Below are positions 19,194-26,750 of a stretch of 64,000 nucleotides of DNA, piece after piece. Location: the IMG/VR virus record IMGVR_UViG_3300032291_002550, positions 96,436 through 160,435 of that record; one strand, written 5' to 3'. The DNA comes from a virus. The stretch's first letter is position 1, and every line of letters begins with the position of its first letter. A program made the position numbers and the translations under genes. The notes under the pieces were generated by a model that was given only the letters and a program-made list of their open reading frames with translations, ran no database searches and was not told the DNA's origin.

Positions 19194-19483
19194 GAAAAAA
19201 CCATTACAAACTCGGACAAACAATTGTATTTATTTGGTCTGGCAAAAGACGTATGGGTGTAATTGAAGAACGCAGGCCAAAAAATAAAAAAATATTCTAT
19301 AACGTACGCGGCGATGATGGTAAGCTTTATGAAGGAATGTACGTTGATGATTCAGAAGTAGCAGCAATTCTTTCTTATGAAACTAGAATTGTTAATGAAT
19401 CAATGGAAAAGAAAAAATTATCTAAAACCGAACCGGAACTAGAAGAATTCGAAAGTTTAGATGATAATTTTGAAGATAACTAA
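19178..19483 (+). CDS. hypothetical protein (SH3-like N-terminus, acidic tail)
   Basis: 101-aa ORF. Confidence 0.6.
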   Translation: MAGRVRKNHYKLGQTIVFIWSGKRRMGVIEERRPKNKKIFYNVRGDDGKLYEGMYVDDSEVAAILSYETRIVNESMEKKKLSKTEPELEEFESLDDNFEDN

Positions 19484-19499
19484 TAATTATCTTTAATAT

Positions 19500-19857
19500 G
19501 GGGGTGAATGGATTTGACAGGAGTGGTCAGCCAATTAACGATTATGCGATGGGTGATATCTTACATCTAAATGAATATCAAAAACAAACGCAAACAAAAA
19601 CATCATTAGCCAAGATTCTAGGAATTTCGCTAATCAAGTAGAAGCAAAGATCATTTCTTTAGTTAGAAACGAATACGTAGCAATTGCAGCTTAGTAATAA
19701 GCAAAGAGTTTAATCAAACTTAAAATGATTTGGTGGTAGTTGACCTTAATCGGTTAGCCCGTTTGAAGCATTACAAATTAAAAGAAATGCAAATCAAGCA
19801 TATTAAAGTCGTTAGTAAGCAGCTAGCTGGACCGGGGTTCGAAACCCCGCACCTCCA
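19500..19857 (+). ncRNA. ssrA: tmRNA
   Basis: 5' GGGGGTG pairs with 3' CACCTCC-A (G3:U alanine identity), GGATTTGAC motif, T-arm CGGGG-TTCGAAA-CCCCG, internal tag ORF 19590-19694 ending YVAIAA*. Confidence 0.92.
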
Positions 19858-19920
19858 CTTAGGTCCTTTTTTGAAATTGGGCAAAAATAAAAAATCTTTT
19901 AAAAAAAAATAAAAAAAGAT

Positions 19921-20090
19921 TAGGAAATTTAAAATGTTTTTCTTATATTTAAGTATATTAAAAAATAAGAAATAAGTAAGAAAATAAAAAAATCTTTAAA
20001 AAAATAAAAAAAAAGGTTGTTTATTTGAAATATTTATCTTATATTTAAGTATATTAGAAATTAAGAAAATAAGATTCGTTCTTTGAAAAT
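19921..20090 (+). promoter_or_regulatory. tandem promoters plus boxA-like site upstream of the giant ncRNA
   Basis: Motif copies at 19921 and 20017; GTTCTTTGAAAAT at 20078-20090. Confidence 0.65.
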
Positions 20091-20970
20091 ATTATTATCC
20101 ATTTAATCATCTCCTTGAAAGCTTCGGTTGGATTGGAGAGGGTTAATAAATGATAATCGGTGGCATATAATCGTTAAATAAACTACGAAAGTAGTATAAA
20201 GTGAATTGGTTTGACTGAACCAGTTTGCGGTTCCGAAAGGAGCTTAAGTATGCAAGTGAGATATCATTAAACCTTTAGTATCGAGGGTAACACTATAGAG
20301 AATGTGGTTTAGTGACTAGCCTATGTGGGTAGGTTAGTTGAGTTCGGAAGAACAATAAAAATAACTCATAGAATATTTGCAAAAAATATACTTATCCAAG
20401 TATATTATTGCGTTATTCAATATAAGAGAAATCTTAAAACCGAAAGGTATGTAGATGTACAGGTGGTGCTGTTATTTACCTTATTTATAATCTACCAAGG
20501 TTATTTATTCGAAGAATTCTTAAAATATGAGGATGGGGACATCCTAGAGAGTAGTTAAGTATCTGCCCTGACAAAATTAGGGTTGGCTTATTGACAGGCC
20601 ACTACTTTCAATCATCCACAAGTCACAAACTTATTTGCATTATGATTGCAAAATCTAAAAATAAATAAGCAAAAGTGCTTGTCAGCTACGGACGAAAGAT
20701 GCCTACATAGTAATGAGTTGTTCATTGCCACTAAAGGTCGCAAGCCAATAGTGATTTTACGGAAAAGTTTATAGTCCCGCAAGGATTAATCAGGTCGGCA
20801 GATTTGAATAGATAGAGTAAATAGAGAGTAGTCCAAATAAATGTAGCTTAAAGAGTGGTTCACTTAAATAACCGGCATTGCTAGAATAGATTTCAAAAGA
20901 ATCTGGACAAATTGGGAAAACAAAATAATCCAATAAAAGATTTAGCATTTAAAGGTATAGTCTCAGCCTT
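20091..20970 (+). ncRNA. giant structured ncRNA, GOLLD-like (boundaries approximate)
   Basis: ~880 nt with no credible ORF and many tetraloop hairpins (ACTAC-GAAA-GTAGT, TCC-GAAA-GGA, ACC-GAAA-GGT, TCC-GCAA-GGA, AGC-TTCG-GTT); own promoters; ends just before a tRNA. Confidence 0.65.
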
Positions 20971-20991
20971 ATTTAAAATAAAATATTAGAT

Positions 20992-21063
20992 TGCGGGTCG
21001 GAGAAATGGTAACTCATTGGGCTCATAACCCAAAGATCGCTGGTTCGATTCCAGCACCCGCAA
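20992..21063 (+). tRNA. tRNA-Met initiator (CAT)
   Basis: Cloverleaf; TTGGG-CTCATAA-CCCAA anticodon arm. Confidence 0.9.
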
Positions 21064-21116
21064 CAAATTTAACATTTCTGGAGTGAAAACTTAACCAGAG
21101 GCATATTTATTAATAT

Positions 21117-21239
21117 ATGAAATCGAATAACATACATACATTATCTATTAAAGGGTTTAGTAACCCCGTTAACGGCCAAGCTTATTGGACGCTAATGAAT
21201 GATGTTGAATGTGTACATAATCGAGGAATTCGTATATAA
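21117..21239 (+). CDS. 40-aa small ORF preceding a terminator
   Basis: MKSNNIHTLSIKGFSNPVNGQAYWTLMNDVECVHNRGIRI*. Confidence 0.35.
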   Translation: MKSNNIHTLSIKGFSNPVNGQAYWTLMNDVECVHNRGIRI

Positions 21240-21278
21240 AAAAGAAAATAAAATTAACTTTTTTACATATTAATATTT

Positions 21279-21308
21279 AAACCTCGGACATAAAATCCGG
21301 GGTTTTTT
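21279..21308 (+). terminator. intrinsic terminator
   Basis: AAACCTCGGA-loop-TCCGGGGTTT followed by a T run. Confidence 0.75.
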
Positions 21309-21533
21309 ATTGTATATGGGGGTTAAAGTTAATCGTATACGAGCTTTAATTAGTATTTAGATATAATATACCTAAATAAATTATAAGCGCTTATATGAGC
21401 CTTTAAAATGCTTTATATAAGTAATTGATTTATAATAAGATATAAAGTATTGAAAATCAATTAGAAAAAATAAAAAAAAGATTAGGAAATTTGAAATATT
21501 TTTCTTATCTTTATGTATAGGAAATTAATTAAT

Positions 21534-21606
21534 GGGGTAGTAGCAAAAATGGTTTATGCGCTGGTCTGAAAAACCAGAGATATTGGATCGATACCAATCT
21601 ACCTCA
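21534..21606 (+). tRNA. tRNA-Phe (GAA)
   Basis: CTGGT-CTGAAAA-ACCAG; acceptor GGGGTAG/CTACCTC. Confidence 0.85.
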
Positions 21607-21617
21607 CAAAAAAATAT

Positions 21618-21689
21618 ACGGCGCAGCATTAGGATGCAGCAGGTCTCCAAAACCTCGCACAGAGATGGGTTCGATGCCCTCGCGCCGTG
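21618..21689 (+). tRNA. atypical tRNA-Trp (CCA)
   Basis: AGGT-CTCCAAA-ACCT; ACGGCGC/GCGCCGT; short D-arm and bulged T-stem. Confidence 0.55.
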
Positions 21690-21693
21690 CAAA

Positions 21694-21766
21694 GATAACA
21701 TAGTAAGTAAGATAGTTACTTCGTTTTTGGATATGATAAAATACTATCTTCAATAATCTTGTTATT
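21694..21766 (+). ncRNA. minimal Y-RNA-like element (TAGTAA..GTTACTTCG family)
   Basis: ATAACA/TGTTAT and AAGATAGT/ACTATCTT stems; shares TAGTAA, GTTACTTCG and CAATAATCT with the elements downstream of Ro60. Confidence 0.6.
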
Positions 21767-21770
21767 AATT

Positions 21771-21842
21771 TGGGATATAGCTCAGAGGTAGAGCGCTGAC
21801 CTGTTAAGTCAGATGTCGAGATTTCGAAATTCTCTATCCCAG
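21771..21842 (+). tRNA. tRNA-Asn (GTT)
   Basis: CTGAC-CTGTTAA-GTCAG cloverleaf. Confidence 0.88.
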
Positions 21843-21853
21843 CAAATAAATAA

Positions 21854-21925
21854 GGGACGACGCCCAGGGTTGGTCAGACGGTCTGTAAAACCGAACTGCA
21901 TAGTGCTCGAGTCACTTCCGTCCCA
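21854..21925 (+). tRNA. atypical tRNA-Tyr (GTA)
   Basis: CGGT-CTGTAAA-ACCG; GGGACG/CGTCCC; non-canonical D-arm and T-loop. Confidence 0.5.
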
Positions 21926-22014
21926 CAAAATTAAAATAAAATGAAACGAAAACCTTAAAGGTATGAGTTGCATCAAGGATGAGCTTATACGTAAAATTGA
22001 ATTAAATACAATAT

Positions 22015-22089
22015 GCGCTTGTAGCTCAGCTGGATAGATGCACTCGGCTTTTAACCGAGGGGTCGTTGGTTCGAACCCAACCAGGCGCA
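22015..22089 (+). tRNA. tRNA-Lys (TTT)
   Basis: CTCGG-CTTTTAA-CCGAG. Confidence 0.9.
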
Positions 22090-22098
22090 CTAAGTAAT

Positions 22099-22171
22099 AC
22101 TCTTGTAGCTTAATTGGTAGAGTACCTGACTCTTAATCAGGGGGTTAAAGGTTCAAGTCCTTTCGGGAGTA
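22099..22171 (+). tRNA. tRNA-Lys (CTT)
   Basis: CCTGA-CTCTTAA-TCAGG. Confidence 0.9.
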
Positions 22172-22207
22172 CAAATTTTAATTGTTATTTGACATATTGT
22201 AATAAAC

Positions 22208-22281
22208 AGGATCATGGTTGAATGGTTTACAATGCCGGCTTGTCACGCCGTGTGGTGCGGGTTCGAATCCCGTTGGTCCTG
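22208..22281 (+). tRNA. tRNA-Asp (GTC)
   Basis: CGGC-TTGTCAC-GCCG. Confidence 0.85.
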
Positions 22282-22291
22282 CAAAATAAAT

Positions 22292-22364
22292 AGCGTAGTA
22301 GCCTAATGGTTGAGGTACTTCATTTGGGATGAAGACGATGTCGGTTCGAGTCCGGTCTACGCTA
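22292..22364 (+). tRNA. tRNA-Pro (TGG)
   Basis: CTTCA-TTTGGGA-TGAAG. Confidence 0.88.
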
Positions 22365-22369
22365 CACAT

Positions 22370-22487
22370 GGGGGAGACGCAAAACAAAACATGTTTAAGC
22401 ATTCTCTAGAAATAGTAGTAAATAAACATCTACATCGCAATTAAATCGGAAATTAATCAGTGCCCTTAAGAAAGGCCTCCCCCACCA
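22370..22487 (+). ncRNA. unknown RNA with tRNA-type acceptor stem and encoded ACCA end
   Basis: GGGGGAG/CTCCCCC-ACCA; interior is not a cloverleaf. Confidence 0.55.
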
Positions 22488-22533
22488 TATTAAACTAATT
22501 AGGCGAAGTTTTGAAAATTTAGGTAGCCTCCAT

Positions 22534-22605
22534 GCGGGTATAGCACAATGGTCAGTGCTCGGGTCTTCCAAACCTGAGATCTCAGTTCGAGTCTGAGTAT
22601 CCGCT
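22534..22605 (+). tRNA. tRNA-Gly (TCC)
   Basis: CGGGT-CTTCCAA-ACCTG. Confidence 0.88.
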
Positions 22606-22705
22606 CGCTTTCATGAATAAGTTAGCAGCATAAACAATTGACGGAATGCTGTAAGTCTTAATGACTTTGGAGACGCGAAGTACAGTAACGTCTCCTAAAT
22701 TTTTT

Positions 22706-22779
22706 GGGTCATTGGTGAAGTTGGCGATCACAGGAGTTTTGCAAACTTCAGTCTCGAGTTCGAAGCTCGAATGTATCCA
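22706..22779 (+). tRNA. tRNA-Ala (TGC), bulged acceptor stem
   Basis: GGAGT-TTTGCAA-ACTTC; G3:U pair retained. Confidence 0.7.
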
Positions 22780-22845
22780 CGATAGTGTTAAGGTGTACAC
22801 AAAAAAACACTATTCCTCGAACTAATCGGAAGGTTAGTAAGATGA

Positions 22846-22918
22846 AGTCATAAAGTAATTAATGGTAATTATTCCGGACGGCCTTCGGAGGGTGTTGGTT
22901 CAATTCCAGCTATGACTG
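22846..22918 (+). tRNA. tRNA-like, undetermined (non-canonical anticodon loop)
   Basis: AGTCATA/TATGACT, intact T-arm; loop ACGGCCT lacks U33. Confidence 0.5.
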
Positions 22919-22926
22919 CAAAAAAT

Positions 22927-23000
22927 GCCGAGTTGGTAGAGTTGGTTTCTTACGGAGCTCTCATAAGGCTTAGACAACAGTTCGAATCTGTTACTCGGTA
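22927..23000 (+). tRNA. tRNA-Met/Ile2 (CAT)
   Basis: GAGCT-CTCATAA-GGCTT. Confidence 0.8.
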
Positions 23001-23063
23001 CAATATTCATTATTAAGTAATTATATTATATTAATAATCAATGAAATAATTTTAAAAAAAGAT

Positions 23064-23186
23064 TAGGAAATTTGAAATATTTTTCTTATCTTTATGTATA
23101 GGAATTAAGAAATAAGATAATAAAATCTTTAAAAATAAATAAAAAAAAGGTTGTTTATTTGAAATATTTTTCTTATCTTTATGTAT
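23064..23186 (+). promoter_or_regulatory. tandem promoters driving the second tRNA block
   Basis: Motif copies at 23064 and 23151, same arrangement as 19921/20017. Confidence 0.7.
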
Positions 23187-23207
23187 AGAAAAAATTATTA
23201 ATTAAAT

Positions 23208-23279
23208 TCTCTCTTCGTCTAATTGGCAGGACAAATGGTTTTGAGCCATTGAATCGAGGTTCGAACCCTTGGGAGAGAA
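23208..23279 (+). tRNA. tRNA-Gln (TTG)
   Basis: AATGG-TTTTGAG-CCATT. Confidence 0.88.
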
Positions 23280-23288
23280 CATTATATT

Positions 23289-23362
23289 GGACCTTTAGCT
23301 CAATTGGTTGGAGCAGCTCGCTCATAACGAGAAGGTTATAAGTTCGAGTCTTATATGGTCCA
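23289..23362 (+). tRNA. tRNA-Ile2/Met (CAT)
   Basis: CTCG-CTCATAA-CGAG; GGACCTT acceptor. Confidence 0.85.
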
Positions 23363-23368
23363 CAAATA

Positions 23369-23537
23369 ACGGCATTGTCTTTGGGACAAATATAGTTTCA
23401 ATTATTATTAATATAAGTAATAAATTAGCTACTTATGAAAGTATTAATTATAGTGAATAGGGAAGTAGATGTATCTTAAGAAGGCATTGATGACCTGATA
23501 AAGTATATCAGTTGGGTTCGAAACCTAAAATGCTGTC
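23369..23537 (+). ncRNA. 169-nt tRNA-like RNA with a large insert replacing the anticodon arm
   Basis: ACGGCATT/AATGCTGT acceptor, TGTC-TTTGG-GACA D-like arm, TTGGG-TTCGAAA-CCTAA T-arm. Confidence 0.55.
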
Positions 23538-23549
23538 AATAAAATAAAT

Positions 23550-23623
23550 GTTCCGTCGGACAAATTGGTTAAGTCGCCTCCCTTTCAAGGAGGAGATTGC
23601 GAGTTCAAATCTCGTACGGAATA
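23550..23623 (+). tRNA. tRNA-Glu (TTC)
   Basis: CCTCC-CTTTCAA-GGAGG. Confidence 0.9.
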
Positions 23624-23693
23624 CTATGATTAGGACACTGCAATGTCTATTTCAGAGCCAATAAAGTTTTCTTGCAGGTTAACTTAGTTGGTC

Positions 23694-23767
23694 GAAGCGT
23701 TGTTCTAGTCTGGTTCAAGGCACTCCCGTGGAAGGGTGAGACATAGGTTCGAATCCTATACGCTTTA
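23694..23767 (+). tRNA. tRNA-like, undetermined (8-nt anticodon loop)
   Basis: GAAGCGT/ACGCTTT, perfect T-arm, CACTC-CCGTGGAA-GGGTG. Confidence 0.5.
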
Positions 23768-23776
23768 CAAAAATAT

Positions 23777-23849
23777 GTCGATGTGGATGAATGGTTTAGT
23801 CACCAACCTGATAAGTTGGTCAATGTGAGTTCAAATCTCACCATCGATA
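23777..23849 (+). tRNA. tRNA-Ile (GAT)
   Basis: CCAAC-CTGATAA-GTTGG. Confidence 0.88.
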
Positions 23850-23855
23850 CAATAA

Positions 23856-23929
23856 GCCTGATACGCACGAATGGTGGTGCACCTGATTTGTAACCAGGAA
23901 TAGAGTCGGTTCGATTCCGGCATTAGGCT
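23856..23929 (+). tRNA. tRNA-Thr (TGT)
   Basis: CCTG(A)-TTTGTAA-(C)CAGG. Confidence 0.8.
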
Positions 23930-24056
23930 CAATATCGCCTTTACTAAGGAAATGCCGGTACAGTCCGTGCTATGTTAGGTAATTCTTTTGAACGTGAAAA
24001 AGAAGGAGATTAACATTGGTTGAGAATAAGACATAATGGTCTCACTTGACCGCCAC

Positions 24057-24132
24057 AGTCGCTTCGCTTAGTTGGTTTTAAAGCGCCACTCTTACAAAGT
24101 GGAGATCATTGGTTCGAATCCAATAGTGACTA
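24057..24132 (+). tRNA. tRNA-Val (TAC)
   Basis: CCACT-CTTACAA-AGTGG. Confidence 0.88.
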
Positions 24133-24143
24133 CAAAAAATAAT

Positions 24144-24227
24144 GGAGAGTGTCCGGCTGGCGCGAGGAACTTGTCTTGAAAACAAGCGGGTGTAAAAGCT
24201 TCCGGGGTTCGAGTCCCTGACTCTCCG
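24144..24227 (+). tRNA. tRNA-Ser (TGA)
   Basis: CTTGT-CTTGAAA-ACAAG, long variable arm. Confidence 0.88.
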
Positions 24228-24274
24228 CAATATGAAAAAAGTAAATGACTTCTATTAGGTAATCCTAATAGAAT

Positions 24275-24499
24275 ATGTCAAAAAATAGAAACAGAGCAAA
24301 ACTGAACAAAGCACAAAACGGTAATGAATATCGTAAAATTATGTTGAATATAGAATATCCAATATATTGGGATGAAGGATTATTATTTTATCCACAATAT
24401 AAAAGAGGATTCAAAAATTCAAATAGAAGTATATTACGTTACCAAATGAGAAAATACCGAACTTGGAAACATAATAGATTAAACCAATGGAAAGAATAG
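24275..24499 (+). CDS. small basic hypothetical protein
   Basis: 74-aa Arg/Lys-rich ORF inside the tRNA array. Confidence 0.6.
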   Translation: MSKNRNRAKLNKAQNGNEYRKIMLNIEYPIYWDEGLLFYPQYKRGFKNSNRSILRYQMRKYRTWKHNRLNQWKE

Positions 24500-24684
24500 C
24501 AGATGCACAAATAACTTTAATAAGAGAAACTCTTATAGGTAAAAAAATTAAAGTACGTGGAGTTATAGGCATTTGTGAATACTTTGGTTATAATGATTGG
24601 TTTCCTAACTGGAAGTTACAAGTAACAATTGGTAGAATGCCAATTCCTTATTTGGAACTTTCTGATATAGAGTTGGTAGATTAA
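24487..24684 (+). CDS. hypothetical protein
   Basis: 65-aa ORF. Confidence 0.55.
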   Translation: MERIADAQITLIRETLIGKKIKVRGVIGICEYFGYNDWFPNWKLQVTIGRMPIPYLELSDIELVD

Positions 24685-24692
24685 TATTTATC

Positions 24693-24765
24693 GGGCGTGT
24701 GTCTGAGTGGTTTAAGTGCCGGTCTGCAAAATCGTGCTACATTGGTTCAAATCCAATCGCGCCCT
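24693..24765 (+). tRNA. tRNA-Cys (GCA)
   Basis: CGGT-CTGCAAA-ATCG. Confidence 0.85.
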
Positions 24766-24873
24766 CAATTTAAATGAAAATAAAGAGTAAATTAACTATA
24801 AGGCATTAGGGTAGTTAATAGAACATAAACCTTTACTAGTAAGTCAGAGCTCTGATAATACCTATACCGCAAT

Positions 24874-24964
24874 GGAGAAGTAATGTCATAATTGGTATTG
24901 CAGCTGTTTGCTAAACAGTTCATCGTCGAAAGAGGGTGTGTAGGTTCGAGTCCTATCTTCTCCG
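24874..24964 (+). tRNA. tRNA-Ser (GCT)
   Basis: GCTGT-TTGCTAA-ACAGT, long variable arm. Confidence 0.85.
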
Positions 24965-25006
24965 CAAAAAAATTAAGAATCGTCAATTAAAAATTGTACT
25001 AAGTTT

Positions 25007-26653
25007 ATGTCAAAGTTCAGAAACGCAAAGTTAGCATCTACAGTAGGTGCATTGCAACCAAAATCAAATTTAGTAGCAGCAGCTGCAATACCAGCTCCTA
25101 ATACTACAAACATTCAAGGTCACAAAGCTTATACTCAAGATAAGTGGCTTAGGTTATTAACCATGCTTAATACTTTAAAATTAGAAAATCAATTTTATCG
25201 TAACGAAAGCAAAACAGCATTAGAGTTAAAATCATTAATTACCGATTGTGCTCATTCCGACCCATATTTTACAGCGCAATGTATTGTATATTCTCGTTGT
25301 ATGGGAGAAGGTATGCGTTCAATCAATCATTTAGCAGCTGTTTACTTAGCTCCATACCTTGCTGGCCAAGATTGGGGTAAAAGATTCTATGCTTCATGGA
25401 ATAAGAAAGATTTAAAAGGCGGAACGGTATTTCGTCCGGATGATATTTCTGAAATGGTTGCAGCATATAGCGCATTAAATATTAATCCTGAGACTAATAA
25501 ACCATTTGCGATTACAAATGCAATGAAGAAAGGATTTAAGTCTGCAATTGAGTCTATGGATTCATATAGTGTTCTTAAATATAAGAGTTCGTTGTTAGAT
25601 ATTATTAATCTTGTTCACCCTAATCCAGCAGAATCTAAAGCATTCGTTAGATATGGAGATAAGAAAGTTTCAGTATTTGAAGCTGTCATGAAAGGATATA
25701 ATGTATCAGCTGATACTTGGGAAGTAGCTCAATCAGATGCCGGGCAAATAGTTGCAAAGGCTGTTAAAGAAGGAAAGCTTTCAAAAGAAGATGCAGAAGT
25801 AGTTTTACGTGAAGCAAAGGCTGAAAATTGGGAGTCAATGTTAGTTGATGGTAAATTAGGTATTTTAGCTGCATTACGTAATATACGTAGTATTTTATTA
25901 GCTAAATCTAATTCGAATACAATTGACTTACTTTGCAAATTAATATCAGACCCTGAAGCTATACGTAAAGGTAAAATAATGCCTTTCCAAATAGATATGG
26001 CAAATGAAGTATTATTAGCAGAATTTAGCGATTCTAATGCTCGTAAAATTTCAACAGCCCTTTTAAAGGGTTATGAATTAGCATTACCGAATTTAGCTGA
26101 ACTATTATCGGGAGATACATTAGTAATGGTAGATTTTTCTGGTTCTATGTCTTCAATTGTTACAGACCCGACTCGTAAGATGCGTTATAAAAGCTCAGCA
26201 ATGACTAAGGCTGCATTAATTGCTGCTACAATTGCTAAAGCAACTAACGGAGATATAATTCGTTTTGGTTCTAGTGCTGAATATGTAAATTACAATCCTA
26301 ATTTAGATGTATTTACATTAGCTAATTCGATTAAGAAAGAAATGGGTGGTACATCATTGTCTATGGCATGGAATTGCGCAAAAAACTCTAAAAAGAAATA
26401 TACAAGAGTATTTATTCTTTCAGATAATGAATGTAATGTAGGCTCTACATATAAATTTTATTCAGAGTACGTTGAAAGCGTTGGCGACCCATATGTATAT
26501 TCGGTAGATTTAGCTGCTTATGGTACAAATTGCATTGCAGGTCCAAAAGTTCGTTATTACTACGGGTTTGGGTATTCTATGTTTGATGATATTGCATCTA
26601 ATGAATTTAATGCAAATTATCACTTAGAAAAAGTAAAGAAAATTCAAATTTAA
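25007..26653 (+). CDS. rsr: Ro60/Rsr-like TROVE + vWA RNA-binding protein
   Basis: TROVE features (N..G..AY, FY, R..G.MRS, HP.P, TWE, ALRNIR, PFQ) and C-terminal vWA DFSGSM...GGT...SDNE. Confidence 0.88.
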   Translation: MSKFRNAKLASTVGALQPKSNLVAAAAIPAPNTTNIQGHKAYTQDKWLRLLTMLNTLKLENQFYRNESKTALELKSLITDCAHSDPYFTAQCIVYSRCMGEGMRSINHLAAVYLAPYLAGQDWGKRFYASWNKKDLKGGTVFRPDDISEMVAAYSALNINPETNKPFAITNAMKKGFKSAIESMDSYSVLKYKSSLLDIINLVHPNPAESKAFVRYGDKKVSVFEAVMKGYNVSADTWEVAQSDAGQIVAKAVKEGKLSKEDAEVVLREAKAENWESMLVDGKLGILAALRNIRSILLAKSNSNTIDLLCKLISDPEAIRKGKIMPFQIDMANEVLLAEFSDSNARKISTALLKGYELALPNLAELLSGDTLVMVDFSGSMSSIVTDPTRKMRYKSSAMTKAALIAATIAKATNGDIIRFGSSAEYVNYNPNLDVFTLANSIKKEMGGTSLSMAWNCAKNSKKKYTRVFILSDNECNVGSTYKFYSEYVESVGDPYVYSVDLAAYGTNCIAGPKVRYYYGFGYSMFDDIASNEFNANYHLEKVKKIQI

Positions 26654-26750
26654 TTTGGAATTTTAAAATATTTATATTATATTTAAGTATAGGTTAGGAG
26701 GTAATCCTAACTTATATTTAAAAATAAATCGTTCTTTTAAATAAAAATAT

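Noticed and set aside
22408-22428. Amber-suppressor (CTA) anticodon in the orphan CCA-ended RNA, implying stop-codon recoding
   Set aside because: Only a 3-bp stem around CTCTAGA; genes read intact in the standard code and TAG ends several ORFs normally.
19730-22800. ORF-track entries 19730-19912, 20325-20558, 21556-21756, 21809-22090, 22178-22402 and 22582-22800 (and 24792-24986)
   Set aside because: They overlap the tmRNA, the giant RNA or tRNA genes and are shadow ORFs.
23935-24055. Twister or HDV-like (theta) ribozyme in tRNA spacers (also 27600-27705, 27790-27880, 27985-28050)
   Set aside because: Hairpins are present but I could not assemble a complete catalytic core by eye; a cmscan/RNArobo search is needed.
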